A stretch of DNA of 64,000 nt, taken from assembly GCA_902587125.1 (NCBI GenBank), contig CACIJW010000001.1, positions 205,566 through 269,565 on the forward strand, read 5' to 3'. The DNA is from an uncultured Bacteroidota bacterium. Its GTDB lineage: Bacteria > Bacteroidota > Bacteroidia > Flavobacteriales > BACL11. Positions 19,298 through 29,939 of the stretch are shown here, one piece after another; the stretch's first letter is position 1; each line of letters starts with the position of its first letter. A program made the translations under genes and the position numbers. The notes under the pieces are model-generated. The model was given only the letters and a program-made list of their open reading frames with translations. It searched no databases and was not told where the DNA came from.

Positions 19298-20179
19298 ATG
19301 AACAGAAAAAGTAATTCATTGTTGAAGCTGAGGCTAATCTCGTCTTCTGCTTCAATAGTTATAAGCCTTAGTTTGGTACTTTATGTAATTGGATTACTTG
19401 CTTATATTCTAATAAATACTAACAGTTTCTCAAAAAAAATTAAAGAAAATATTACGTTTTCTATTCTTCTTAAAGATAGCGCCAAAGAAATTGATATTGT
19501 TAAGTTTCAGAAATACATTGACGCTGAAGATTTTGCAAAAAATAGTATATACATAAATAAAGATGAAGCAACAAAAAATTTAATTTCTGAACTTGGAGAA
19601 GATTTTACTGATTTTTTAGGATATAGCCCTCTACTTGCTTCCATTGATTTAAAATTAAAAGCTGAACACACCACCTTTGAAAAAATAAACCAGTTAGAGG
19701 CAGAGCTAATGAAATTTGATATTGTACAAGAAATTTATTATCACAAAAATTTAGTTCAAAATATAAATACCAATATTAACAAAATATTGATGTTTCTTTC
19801 TTCATTCTGTTTGCTTTTATCTATAATTTCTATAGCGCTAATTAACAATTCTATTAGATTATCGATATACTCAAAAAGATTTGTGATTCAAACCATGTCT
19901 TTGGTTGGAGCAGAAAACTGGCAAATTCAAAAACCATTTTTAATAAAAAGTTTAAACCAGGGGATGTATAGTTCGATTTTTGCAATTTTTCTAATGATTG
20001 GAAGTATCCAACTAATTCAAAATGAAACAGCATCTATATTAAATGTAAATGATTTGAAACTTATAAGCTTTATTTTTATTTTTATTTTTGTTTCAGGACT
20101 ATTTTTGAGCTGGCTTTCAACATTTTTTGCGGTCAGAAAATACGTTAGAATTGATGAACATAAATTATACAAACAATAA
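19298..20179 (+). CDS. ftsX: Cell division permease FtsX (probable ATG at 19298)
   Basis: ISLSLVL TM, ELGEDF..FLGYSPL, NNSIRLSIYSKRFVIQTMSLVGA, QKPFL. Confidence 0.92.
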   Translation: MNRKSNSLLKLRLISSSASIVISLSLVLYVIGLLAYILINTNSFSKKIKENITFSILLKDSAKEIDIVKFQKYIDAEDFAKNSIYINKDEATKNLISELGEDFTDFLGYSPLLASIDLKLKAEHTTFEKINQLEAELMKFDIVQEIYYHKNLVQNINTNINKILMFLSSFCLLLSIISIALINNSIRLSIYSKRFVIQTMSLVGAENWQIQKPFLIKSLNQGMYSSIFAIFLMIGSIQLIQNETASILNVNDLKLISFIFIFIFVSGLFLSWLSTFFAVRKYVRIDEHKLYKQ

Positions 20180-20397
20180 TGGATTTTGCATTTAAAAAAA
20201 AGAATTTTATTTTACTAATTACTGGTATTTTATTTATTGCAACAGGTCTAATTCTCATGTCAGGAGGAGCATCTGAAGACCCTGAAGTTTTTAATTATGA
20301 AATATTTAATTTCAGAAGACTTACCTTAGCTCCTATATTAATAACAATTGGCTTTGTTATTGAGATTTTTGCAATTATGCTAAAGTTTAAAAACTAG
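20179..20397 (+). CDS. DUF3098 family small membrane protein
   Basis: MSGGASEDP..FN..IFNFRRLTLAP; usual position between ftsX and uppP. Confidence 0.85.
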   Translation: MDFAFKKKNFILLITGILFIATGLILMSGGASEDPEVFNYEIFNFRRLTLAPILITIGFVIEIFAIMLKFKN

Positions 20398-20402
20398 TTT
20401 TT

Positions 20403-21185
20403 GTGGAATTTCTAGAAGCAATAATACTTGGAATTATCCAAGGCTTAACTGAATTCTTGCCTGTTAGCAGTAGTGGTCATTTAGAAATTATTAAACATAT
20501 TTTTGGTAATGATAAGATTGGTGAAGAAAGTCTAACAATGACTGTTGTGCTCCATTTTGCTACTGCATTATCAACATTATTTGTTTTTAGAAAAGATATT
20601 AATATAATTTTTAAAAAAGCATTACAGAAAAAAAAAGAAGAAACAAATTTTTTAATCTTTATTATCTTTTCAATGATTCCTGCAATTATTGTAGGCTTTG
20701 TTTTTGAATCACAAATTGAAAAACTTTTTGAACTTGACAGTTTGGTGTTTATAGGTTTTATGTTGATCATAACTGGAATTCTACTTTTACTAGCTGATAA
20801 AGCAAAAAAATCAGAAAAATCTTTAAATATTAAAAAAAGTTTAATTATCGGTATTGCACAAGCTATTGCTATATTGCCTGGGATATCAAGATCTGGGGCA
20901 ACAATATCTACATCTGTGCTTTTAGGAATTGACAAAGAAAAAGCTGCAAAATTTTCATTTCTAATGGTGGTGCCTTTGATTATAGGTAAGATATTGTATG
21001 ATTTGATATTTAATACTGAACTTTTAATATCAGAGAATCTGTTTGCACTACTCATGGGTTTTCTAAGCTCATTTTTGACCGGTCTTTTAGCTTGTAAATT
21101 GATGATTTATCTTGTTAAAAAAAGTAAGCTAAAATATTTTTCTTTGTACTGTATTATCGTTGCACTTTTTTGCATTTTCATCTAA
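20403..21185 (+). CDS. uppP: Undecaprenyl-diphosphatase (GTG start)
   Basis: QGLTEFLPVSSSGHL, LHFAT, PGISRSGATI. Confidence 0.96.
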   Translation: MEFLEAIILGIIQGLTEFLPVSSSGHLEIIKHIFGNDKIGEESLTMTVVLHFATALSTLFVFRKDINIIFKKALQKKKEETNFLIFIIFSMIPAIIVGFVFESQIEKLFELDSLVFIGFMLIITGILLLLADKAKKSEKSLNIKKSLIIGIAQAIAILPGISRSGATISTSVLLGIDKEKAAKFSFLMVVPLIIGKILYDLIFNTELLISENLFALLMGFLSSFLTGLLACKLMIYLVKKSKLKYFSLYCIIVALFCIFI

Positions 21186-21187
21186 AA

Positions 21188-21880
21188 ATGAAACAATTTA
21201 ATATAGATCAACTTAAAAATGGAGCAGTTTTTTTAATCAACAAGAAAGTTAATTGGACATCTTTTGACGTTGTCAAAAAAATGAGATCATGTATTAGCCA
21301 AAAATATTCCGAAAAGATTAAAGTTGGGCATGCAGGCACTCTAGACCCACTAGCTGAAGGTCTTCTAATTGTTTGCACTGGAAAAAAAACTAAGGAAATC
21401 TCTGAATTTCAGAATTTAAAAAAAAAATATAAAGGAGAGATAACAATTGGAGCAACAACACCTTCTTTTGATCTTGAGACTGCAGTTAATAAAAGATTGG
21501 ACTTTTCACACGTTAATAAAGAAGATATTTTAACTGCAACTGAAAAATTTCTTGGTAAAATTTGGCAAACTCCACCAATTTATTCGGCTTTAAAACAAAA
21601 TGGAGAAAGATTATACAGTTTAGCGAGGAAAAATAAATCAGCTAAAATTGCTAAAAGAGAAATTTGTATTTATGAGTTTAATATTGAAGAAATGCAATTA
21701 CCTAAAATTAAATTTGAAATAGTTTGCAGCAAAGGAACCTATATACGTTCAATTGCGAATGATTTTGGGAACGAACTCAATTCAGGAGGATATCTCTCAA
21801 AACTTAAGCGCATTGGGATAGGAAATTTCTGTCTAAAAGATGCTATTGATATCGATTCCTTCTCTAGTGTTCTCAACTGA
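21188..21880 (+). CDS. truB: tRNA pseudouridine(55) synthase (probable ATG at 21188)
   Basis: KVGHAGTLDPLAEG, QTPPIYSALK, CSKGTYIRS. Confidence 0.96.
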   Translation: MKQFNIDQLKNGAVFLINKKVNWTSFDVVKKMRSCISQKYSEKIKVGHAGTLDPLAEGLLIVCTGKKTKEISEFQNLKKKYKGEITIGATTPSFDLETAVNKRLDFSHVNKEDILTATEKFLGKIWQTPPIYSALKQNGERLYSLARKNKSAKIAKREICIYEFNIEEMQLPKIKFEIVCSKGTYIRSIANDFGNELNSGGYLSKLKRIGIGNFCLKDAIDIDSFSSVLN

Positions 21881-21882
21881 AA

Positions 21883-21914
21883 TTTGACAAGGCATTGTCA
21901 TTGTATTATATTTG
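21883..21914 (+). promoter_or_regulatory. Complete -33/-7 Bacteroidetes promoter upstream of queA
   Basis: TTTG (21883-86), 20-nt spacer, TATATTTG (21907-14); fits TTTG-N19-21-TAnnTTTG. Confidence 0.75.
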
Positions 21915-21941
21915 CAATCCCTTAATCTAAAAAAAAACATA

Positions 21942-22997
21942 ATGAAATATAAATTATCAAACTTTAACTATGATTTACCGGAAAAAAGAATAGTAGATAA
22001 ACCTTGTGAACAAAGAGATGAAGCTAAAATGATGGTACTTGACAGAAGTAGTGGTGAAATCGAACACAAACAAGTTAAGGATTTGATTAATTATTTTGAG
22101 GAGGACGATGTAATTGTTCTAAACAACACCAAAGTTTTTCCTGCAAGATTATATGCAAATAAAGAAAAAACAGGCGCTAGAATTGAAGTTTTTCTGTTAA
22201 GAGAACTAAATAAAAAGAACAGGCTCTGGGATGTTTTAGTTGACCCTGCCAGAAAAATAAGAATTGGTAATAAACTCTTTTTTGGTGAAAATGATGAACT
22301 AATTGCTGAGGTTATTGACAATACAACTTCTAGAGGAAGAACATTAAGATTTTTATATGACGGAACACATGAAGAATTTAAAGAAACTCTTGATAAACTT
22401 GGACAAACTCCTCTACCCAAATACCTAAAAAGAGAGCCAACTGATGAAGATGTTGAAAGATATCAAACTATTTATGCGAAGCATGAGGGTGCAGTTGCTG
22501 CTCCGACAGCTGGTCTCCATTTTAGTAGAGAGCTGCTCAAAAGATTAGAAATTAAGGGAATTAATTTATCTGAAATAACATTGCATGTTGGTTTAGGAAC
22601 TTTTAGCCCAATTTTGGTTGAGGATTTATCTAAACACAAAATGGAATCAGAAGAAATCATTATCGGTGAGAGTGATTCAGCTATCATTAATGAAGCAAAG
22701 AAGAATCGTAAAAGAGTTTGCTCAGTTGGGACCACAGTTATGAGAACATTAGAAAGTTCCGTCTCAACAAATAATACTGTCATTCCCTTCAAAGGATGGA
22801 CTAATAAATTTATTTTCCCCCCATATGACTTTAGAATTGCTAATTGTATGCTAACTAACTTCCATCTTCCCAAATCTTCACTAATGATGCAAGTTTCAGC
22901 CTTTGCAGGATTTGACTTGCTTAAAGTAGCATATAAAGAAGCCATTCAAAAAAAGTATAATTTTTATACTTATGGGGATGCAATGCTTATTCTGTAA
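21942..22997 (+). CDS. queA: tRNA preQ1(34) S-adenosylmethionine ribosyltransferase-isomerase (probable ATG at 21942)
   Basis: [51 protein letters not shown]. Confidence 0.97.
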   Translation: MKYKLSNFNYDLPEKRIVDKPCEQRDEAKMMVLDRSSGEIEHKQVKDLINYFEEDDVIVLNNTKVFPARLYANKEKTGARIEVFLLRELNKKNRLWDVLVDPARKIRIGNKLFFGENDELIAEVIDNTTSRGRTLRFLYDGTHEEFKETLDKLGQTPLPKYLKREPTDEDVERYQTIYAKHEGAVAAPTAGLHFSRELLKRLEIKGINLSEITLHVGLGTFSPILVEDLSKHKMESEEIIIGESDSAIINEAKKNRKRVCSVGTTVMRTLESSVSTNNTVIPFKGWTNKFIFPPYDFRIANCMLTNFHLPKSSLMMQVSAFAGFDLLKVAYKEAIQKKYNFYTYGDAMLIL

Positions 22998-22999
22998 GA

Positions 23000-23656
23000 A
23001 TGAAAAAATCAGTTCTGATATTGGGAGCAGGTTCTGGCACAAGAATGAATAGTAAACTTCCTAAACAATACATTCTTATTAAAGACAAGCCAATTATTTT
23101 TCATACAATTGAAAAGTTTAGCCATTTTGATGAAATTATAGTTGTGATAAATAAAAATCATATTAGTTTTTTCGAAAAGCATTTAAATGTTAATAAGCAT
23201 AAAAATAAAATTAAAATAGTCTTTGGAGGAAAAACAAGAACAGAGTCTGTTCTTAACGGATTAAAATATATAGACGAAAATAGCAATGTAGCGATACATG
23301 ACGCAGTTAGACCACTTATCTCGAAAGTCATGATCAACAAGTTAATTTCATCTGTAAGAAACAATTGCGTAATTCCTGGAATTAAGTTAAAAGATTCTGC
23401 TAGAGTTTTTGAAAATGGTAAAGCAATTTCCATTAACAGAGAAAAAATCATAAAAATTCAAACACCTCAATGTTTTTATGCAAAAGATATTAAAGATGCA
23501 TATTCAAATTTACAAGATTTTTCATTGACAGATGACGCATCTGTTTTTGAAATGAACGGTGGAAAAATTGAAGTTGTTGATGGCGAAGAATATAATATTA
23601 AAGTAACCACTCCTTTAGATTTGGAAATTGTCAAAATAAATTATGAAAAGCTATAA
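23000..23656 (+). CDS. ispD: 2-C-methyl-D-erythritol 4-phosphate cytidylyltransferase
   Basis: GAGSGTRM..KLPKQY, GGKTRTESV, IHDAVRP, QTPQ, TDDASV, NIKVTTP. Confidence 0.92.
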   Translation: MKKSVLILGAGSGTRMNSKLPKQYILIKDKPIIFHTIEKFSHFDEIIVVINKNHISFFEKHLNVNKHKNKIKIVFGGKTRTESVLNGLKYIDENSNVAIHDAVRPLISKVMINKLISSVRNNCVIPGIKLKDSARVFENGKAISINREKIIKIQTPQCFYAKDIKDAYSNLQDFSLTDDASVFEMNGGKIEVVDGEEYNIKVTTPLDLEIVKINYEKL

Positions 23657-24689
23657 ACTAGACATAAAAAAAATTGATGATGGAACTTTAACCGATATTC
23701 TCGAAAATTCCAATTTTAAGAAATTTAGAAAAAGTCAAATTAAGACATGGCTATTTAAAAAAAATGTTAACTCTTTTGAAAAAATGACTAACCTCTCAAA
23801 AGAATTAAAGAGATTCCTATCGAAAAAATTTGATATTAATTCATTAGAAATTATTTCAAAATCAAAAAGTAGTGATGGAACTAATAAATATCTTTTTAGA
23901 TTACACCAAGGTAATGAGATTGAAGGAGTTTTAATACCTTCGAATAATAGAGTAACTGCATGTGTTTCATCACAAGCAGGTTGTAGCTTAGACTGTTCAT
24001 TTTGTGCCACAGGAAAGTTAGATCTGAAGAAAAACCTTGACTTCTATGAAATTTATGAGCAAATTTTCGTTCTAAACAAAGAGTCACACAAAATTTATAA
24101 TAAAAATTTAAACAACATTGTATACATGGGCATGGGTGAACCTCTTCTAAACTATAAAAATGTCGTTCAGAGTATTAGGCTAGCTTGCTGTCCAAATGAA
24201 GGCCTTGCAATATCTCCTAAAAGAATTACTATTTCTACTTCTGGAATTTCGAAGATGATAAATAAATTAGCTCATGAGAACCTAAGATGTAATCTTGCCT
24301 TATCATTACATTCTGCTGATGATGAAATTAGATCTAGCTTAATGAAGATCAATAATTCAAATAATGTAGAAAGCTTATCCAAAAGCTTGAAGTATTTTTA
24401 CGAACAAACTAAGATAAGGCCCACAATTGAATATATATTACTAAAAGGTGTAAATGATAAAATTTCTGACGCAAACAAGCTGGCTAGTTTTTGTAAAAAC
24501 TTCCCAACTAAAATCAATATAATTGAGTACAATAAAATTGATAACGGTCTATTTGAAAAATCTAGCTCATCTAATACTGAAACTTTTATTAATTGTATAA
24601 AAAGAAAAAATATACCAATAACGTACAGAATTAGTAAGGGGAAAGATATTAAGGCAGCTTGTGGTCAATTAGTTAATCAAGGTAAATGA
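23643..24689 (+). CDS. rlmN: Dual-specificity 23S rRNA/tRNA radical-SAM methyltransferase
   Basis: CVSSQAGCSLDCSFCATG, MGMGEPLLN, LALSLHS, IKAACGQL. Confidence 0.96.
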   Translation: MKSYKLDIKKIDDGTLTDILENSNFKKFRKSQIKTWLFKKNVNSFEKMTNLSKELKRFLSKKFDINSLEIISKSKSSDGTNKYLFRLHQGNEIEGVLIPSNNRVTACVSSQAGCSLDCSFCATGKLDLKKNLDFYEIYEQIFVLNKESHKIYNKNLNNIVYMGMGEPLLNYKNVVQSIRLACCPNEGLAISPKRITISTSGISKMINKLAHENLRCNLALSLHSADDEIRSSLMKINNSNNVESLSKSLKYFYEQTKIRPTIEYILLKGVNDKISDANKLASFCKNFPTKINIIEYNKIDNGLFEKSSSSNTETFINCIKRKNIPITYRISKGKDIKAACGQLVNQGK

Positions 24690-25660
24690 GTACAATAAAG
24701 AAAATTAAAGCTCCAATTTCTGATGAGATTGCACAGTTTAACAAAGAATTTATCTCTAATATTAAAACTGAGAAAGGTCTCTTAGATAAAATTTTAAGGT
24801 ACATAATTAAAAAAAAGGGGAAACAAATTAGACCTATTCTTGTTTTATTATCAGCAAAATTAGTTGGCAAAATTAGTGAAAGGACATTTACAGCTGCAAC
24901 TCTCATCGAACTTCTTCACACTGCCACTTTAGTTCATGACGATGTTGTAGATAATTCAAATATTCGCAGAGGATTTTTTTCTGTAAATGCTCTATGGAAA
25001 AATAAAATAGCAGTTTTAATTGGAGACTTTCTTCTTGCTAAAGGACTAGATATTTCTGTTAAGAAAAAAGAATTTAGAATTCTTGAAATTGTTTCTGAAA
25101 CAGTACAGCAAATGAGTAAAGGTGAGCTCTTGCAAATTCAAAAGTCTAGAAGTTTAGAAATAAGTGAAAAAATCTATTTTGAAATCATCAGTAAAAAAAC
25201 CGCAAGTTTAATTTCAGCATGTTGTGAGTGTGGAGCATTATCGTCAACCAAAAATGAGAAAGATATTATTATGCTCAGAAACTATGGTGAACTAATTGGT
25301 TTAATATTTCAAATTAAAGATGACTTATTTGACTTCGAAAAAACTTCAATTGTAGGTAAACCAGTTGCTTTTGACATTAAAGATCGAAAAATGACACTTC
25401 CTTTAATTTATACTTTAAATCATTGTAGTGAAAAAGAAAAAAAATTCATAATTAGAACGATAAAAAAAAGTAGTAATATTCACAAAGAAGTTTTAGAAGT
25501 AATAGAAATTGTTAAAAATCATGGTGGAATTAAATATGCAAAAAGCAAAATGGAAGAACTTCGTTTAAAAGCAATAGATATTATAAACAAGTTTGATGAC
25601 AGTGAAACAAAAAATTCACTCATTGAATTGACAAATTATATGATTACAAGAAAAAAATGA
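24686..25660 (+). CDS. ispB: Polyprenyl diphosphate synthase (IspB-like)
   Basis: GKQIRP, ATLVHDDVVD (FARM), KKTASL, FQIKDDLFD (SARM). Confidence 0.85.
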   Translation: MSTIKKIKAPISDEIAQFNKEFISNIKTEKGLLDKILRYIIKKKGKQIRPILVLLSAKLVGKISERTFTAATLIELLHTATLVHDDVVDNSNIRRGFFSVNALWKNKIAVLIGDFLLAKGLDISVKKKEFRILEIVSETVQQMSKGELLQIQKSRSLEISEKIYFEIISKKTASLISACCECGALSSTKNEKDIIMLRNYGELIGLIFQIKDDLFDFEKTSIVGKPVAFDIKDRKMTLPLIYTLNHCSEKEKKFIIRTIKKSSNIHKEVLEVIEIVKNHGGIKYAKSKMEELRLKAIDIINKFDDSETKNSLIELTNYMITRKK

Positions 25661-27519
25661 TAACAAAAGAAACTATAGATAAAATTTTTGATGCTGTAAG
25701 AATTGAGGAGGTGATCGGAGATTTTGTTTCTGATTTAAAAAAGAGAGGAGTCAATTACATGGCCTGTTGCCCTTTTCATGATGAAAAAACTCCTTCTTTT
25801 TCTGTATCTCCAAGCAAGGGAATTTACAAATGTTTTGGATGTGGAAAAGGAGGTAATGCTATAAATTTTGTTATGGAGCATGAACACTTTACATATCCTG
25901 AGGCATTGAGGTACTTGGCTAAAAAATATAATATTGAAGTTGAAGAGAAGCAAATGACCAAAAAACAAGTGGATGCTAATAACGAAAAAAGTAGTCTTTT
26001 TTTAGTAAATGAATTTGCCAGAGATTTCTTTATTAAGAATTTAAATGATAAGAGCGAGGGTAATAAAATCGGGCTTTCTTATTTGTTGGAAAGAGGTATT
26101 TCTAATGAAATGATTAATCTTTTTGAGATTGGCTATGCATTAGAAAGCAATAACAATCTATCAACTGAAATTATTTCTAATTCATTCGACAAAGATCTTG
26201 TCGTAAAAAGTGGGTTGTCAAAAGAAAAAGGTGACCAGCTATATGATTTTTTTAATACTAGAGTTATTTTTCCTATACATTCTTTTTCAGGAAGAGTTTT
26301 AGGTTTTGGAGCTAGAACCATAGGAAATAAAAGTAAAATTAAGTACCTAAACTCACCTGAAAACGCCATTTATCAAAAAAGTAAAATTTTATACGGTATA
26401 TATTTTTCTAAAAACGAGATCATTAAAAAAAATAATTGTTTCATAGTTGAAGGCTACACTGATGTAATTTCTTTTCATCAAAACAACATAAAAAATGTAG
26501 TGTCATCATCAGGAACGGCTTTAAGTAAAGACCAGATTAAACTCATTAGCAGGTTTTCTAAGAATATAACTTTAATTTTTGACAGTGATGATGCTGGAGT
26601 AAAAGCTGCTTTTCGAAATATTGACCTGATACTTAGTGAAGGAATAAATGTTAAAATTGTAAAACTACCAGATGGTGAAGACCCTGATAGCTTGACAAAA
26701 AAATACAACTCATCAGAACTAATAAAATTTATAGACGATAGCACAAAAGATTTTATTACTTATAAAACAGAAATGCTGAGAGCAGAATCAGAAAAAGATC
26801 CAGTAAAAAGAGCTGAAAATTTAAGAGAAATTATCAAATCTATCGCCTCAGTACCTGATTACCTAACCAGAATTGAGTATTGTAAAATTTGTAGTGCAAT
26901 TTTCAAGATAAATGAAAAGGAATTACTTGCAATTGTTTCTAGAAACAAAAGTATTAGATTGGCATCATCCAATAGGCAAAAAACAAAAGAAAGATTAGTA
27001 GAAAAAGAAACTAAATTAGCTTTATTCGAAAAAGAAATTTTAAGGTTAATTCTAAATTATGGAAATGAAACCATTCATATTTTAAATGAAGAAATAAATC
27101 TAACTAAGTTTTTTATTGAAGAACTAGAATATGACGATTTAAACTTCACACTACCAAACTATAAAATTTTGTATTCGGAAATTGTTAATAATTTTAAAGA
27201 AAACGAATATGTTGAGGCAAAATATTTCTTGAACAATAACCAATCTATTATTCAAGAAATTGCTATAGACTTAATGTCTAATAAACATAATATAAGTGTA
27301 AATTGGCAAAAAAGACACAATATATTTACATCAACTGAATCAGATTCTCTTTCAAAAACTGCAGAAAAAGCTGTACTAAATCTCAAACACGAACATCTTG
27401 AAAATCAAATAAATGAACTAAAAAAGACATTAAATATTGAAAATAAAGCCTTAGTTAATAAGTTTAAAAGTTTGGTTGAAATTAGAAAAGAGATAGCTCA
27501 AAAACTTGGAAGAAAATAA
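25657..27519 (+). CDS. dnaG: DNA primase
   Basis: CPFHDEKTPSF..YKCFGCG zinc finger, KYLNSPE, VEGYTDVI, DSDDAG, DPD. Confidence 0.97.
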   Translation: MITKETIDKIFDAVRIEEVIGDFVSDLKKRGVNYMACCPFHDEKTPSFSVSPSKGIYKCFGCGKGGNAINFVMEHEHFTYPEALRYLAKKYNIEVEEKQMTKKQVDANNEKSSLFLVNEFARDFFIKNLNDKSEGNKIGLSYLLERGISNEMINLFEIGYALESNNNLSTEIISNSFDKDLVVKSGLSKEKGDQLYDFFNTRVIFPIHSFSGRVLGFGARTIGNKSKIKYLNSPENAIYQKSKILYGIYFSKNEIIKKNNCFIVEGYTDVISFHQNNIKNVVSSSGTALSKDQIKLISRFSKNITLIFDSDDAGVKAAFRNIDLILSEGINVKIVKLPDGEDPDSLTKKYNSSELIKFIDDSTKDFITYKTEMLRAESEKDPVKRAENLREIIKSIASVPDYLTRIEYCKICSAIFKINEKELLAIVSRNKSIRLASSNRQKTKERLVEKETKLALFEKEILRLILNYGNETIHILNEEINLTKFFIEELEYDDLNFTLPNYKILYSEIVNNFKENEYVEAKYFLNNNQSIIQEIAIDLMSNKHNISVNWQKRHNIFTSTESDSLSKTAEKAVLNLKHEHLENQINELKKTLNIENKALVNKFKSLVEIRKEIAQKLGRK

Positions 27520-27529
27520 TGCTTTTTTA

Positions 27530-29209
27530 CTACTTAATATCAATTAACTTAAGCTTTAACTTTTTTTCACCTCTCCAACTATCTTCATAAATTGTATAAC
27601 AAATATCAATAGCATTGGATTTACACAAATCATCATATTTGTATCCAAGGTTAAATCCTATAAATTCAAATGATTTAGATTTTCCCATAACAATACCTTT
27701 TAAGTGACTATTATTTTTACCAACAAGAGATAATTTAAAATTATTAATTTCATTAGTGCAGAAAACCGGAGCCTCATTTGCTAGTCCAAATGGTGCGAAT
27801 CTCATTATAGTTCTGTATAGAACATCATTTATTTCATCTATTGAGAGTACAAGATCAATAGTTATCTGCTTGTCTTTAGTTAATTCATTTGATAATTTAC
27901 CAACCTCTTGTTCAAATAAATCTTTAAACTTATTTAGGTTTTCTCTGATTAGAGACAACCCTGCAGCAGATTTATGTCCTCCATATTTTGTTAAAAATAC
28001 CGAACATTTGTCAAGGATTTCAAGGACATTTATACCTTTTGCTGTTCGAACTGAGCCAACTAAGTTGTTTTTTTCCTGAGTTAAAACAATTGAAGGCTTA
28101 TTATATTTTTCAACCAAATTGGAAGCAATAATACCTACTATTCCTTTATGCCACTTTTCAGAAAATACAATTATAGAATTTTTTGAACTGTTTAAAGCGA
28201 AATCAGCCTCATTAAGCATGTTTTTTTGAATCTCTTTTCTTTGATTATTTAAATCAATTAATGATTTAATTATTGCATAACTATTTACTTTTCGATCAGA
28301 TAAGAGAGCCTTGACGCCAATCTCTGCACTGCTGAGTCTACCAGAAGAGTTAAGTAGTGGAGCAATTCTGTAAGAAATATCTTCAGATAAAACTTTATTT
28401 TCAATATTAAGTGATTTAATGATATAGGAAATTGGTTTATTTCTACTATTATTTATTTCAAGTAGCCCATGAAATGCAAAAGTTCTATTTTCATCAATAA
28501 GTGGAACCATATCTGCAATAACACTTATTGCGAGCAAGTCAAAGTACTCCTTTACTAAATCAAATGACAAGTTATTAGAAATGCAGTACGCATGTATTAA
28601 TTTAAATCCTACTCCACAGCCTGATAAGTGCTTGAATGGATAATTGCAATCTTTTCTTTTAGGATCGAGCACTGCTATTGCATCTGGTATTTCTTTTCCT
28701 TGCTCATGGTGATCACAGATAATATAATCTATATTATTAGCCCTTGCATAAATTACTTCTTCACAAGATTTTATGCCACAGTCTAAAGCAATTATTAAAT
28801 TAACATTATTTGTTTTCGCATAATTAATAGATTCTATTGAAATCCCATACCCTTCATTATTTCTATCAGGAATATAAAATTCAATATTATCAGTGAATTT
28901 ATTTAAAAACATATACGTCATTGCTACTGAAGTAATCCCATCAACATCATAGTCACCATAAATCATAATTTTTTCATTATGATTTATTGCAATTGATAAT
29001 CTTTCTACTGCTTCATGCATAGATTTCATAAGAAATGGATCGATTAAGTTTGAGATGGAAGGATTGAAAAAAATCTTTGCGGTATCCTTAGTTTTAATTT
29101 GCTTAATATTTAACAATTTAGCTACATAGTCCTTTACTCCAAGATTACAAGAAATATTTTGTATTTCATCAACTGAATAGTTTCTAACAAGCCATTTAAA
29201 GTTATTCAT
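27530..29209 (-). CDS. recJ: ssDNA-specific exonuclease RecJ (probable ATG at 29209)
   Basis: IYGDYDVDGITS, EGYG, LDCG, CDHH, SGCGVGFKL, GGHKSAAGL, FAPFG..N. Confidence 0.95.
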   Translation of the reverse strand: MNNFKWLVRNYSVDEIQNISCNLGVKDYVAKLLNIKQIKTKDTAKIFFNPSISNLIDPFLMKSMHEAVERLSIAINHNEKIMIYGDYDVDGITSVAMTYMFLNKFTDNIEFYIPDRNNEGYGISIESINYAKTNNVNLIIALDCGIKSCEEVIYARANNIDYIICDHHEQGKEIPDAIAVLDPKRKDCNYPFKHLSGCGVGFKLIHAYCISNNLSFDLVKEYFDLLAISVIADMVPLIDENRTFAFHGLLEINNSRNKPISYIIKSLNIENKVLSEDISYRIAPLLNSSGRLSSAEIGVKALLSDRKVNSYAIIKSLIDLNNQRKEIQKNMLNEADFALNSSKNSIIVFSEKWHKGIVGIIASNLVEKYNKPSIVLTQEKNNLVGSVRTAKGINVLEILDKCSVFLTKYGGHKSAAGLSLIRENLNKFKDLFEQEVGKLSNELTKDKQITIDLVLSIDEINDVLYRTIMRFAPFGLANEAPVFCTNEINNFKLSLVGKNNSHLKGIVMGKSKSFEFIGFNLGYKYDDLCKSNAIDICYTIYEDSWRGEKKLKLKLIDIK

Positions 29210-29939
29210 TAATGAAAAAACTGTTAAATTCAACTGGTTTAATTTGCTGTTTTGAATCACTAAGTGCCTTTTCAGGATTATCATGCGTTTCAATCATAAC
29301 ACCATCATATTTTAATTTTTGACTTTTTAATAAGAGCTCTTTAACAATGCTTGAATCTCCAGCAATATGGCTACAATCACATATTAAATTAATTCCTTTA
29401 ATTTTTTTCTTAAATTCTTTAACAGCTCTCCATTTAGGTTTATTTCTGAAATTAATTTTTCTTTCTGCATAAAAACCTCTATGTATCGCTCCAATATTTT
29501 TAATATTGTAACTCTGCATTCTTTTAATTGCATTATACCATAAGTCCATATCAGGAATAATTGGATTTTTTATGTAAACATGAATCTTAGAATCCTGTAG
29601 ACTTTCAGCTATTTCTTGAACATAAAATGGATTAACAGTTGTTCGTGCACCTAACCAAACCATGTCAATCTTAAATTTTTTACAAAGTTCGACATGTTTG
29701 CTATTTGCTACCTCACACGCAACCTTTATATTATATTTATCTTTAATTTGCTTTAACCAAGACAATCCTACTTCACCAACTCCTTGAAAAGAATTTATAT
29801 TAGTTCTTGGTTTCCAAACTCCAGCTCTAAAAAAATCAATGTTTTTATGAATTTTTGAAGCTATAGAATCAACTTGAGAAAAGCTTTCAGCGCTGCATGG
29901 CCCAGCTACAATAGTATTATGTTTTTTATTAATTATCAC
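29202..29939 (-). CDS. 3-deoxy-7-phosphoheptulonate (DAHP) synthase, type I-beta, without a chorismate mutase domain
   Basis: AGPCSAES, RAGVWKPRT, WLGARTT, IHRGF, DCSHIAG, MIETH. Confidence 0.85.
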   Translation of the reverse strand: MIINKKHNTIVAGPCSAESFSQVDSIASKIHKNIDFFRAGVWKPRTNINSFQGVGEVGLSWLKQIKDKYNIKVACEVANSKHVELCKKFKIDMVWLGARTTVNPFYVQEIAESLQDSKIHVYIKNPIIPDMDLWYNAIKRMQSYNIKNIGAIHRGFYAERKINFRNKPKWRAVKEFKKKIKGINLICDCSHIAGDSSIVKELLLKSQKLKYDGVMIETHDNPEKALSDSKQQIKPVEFNSFFINE

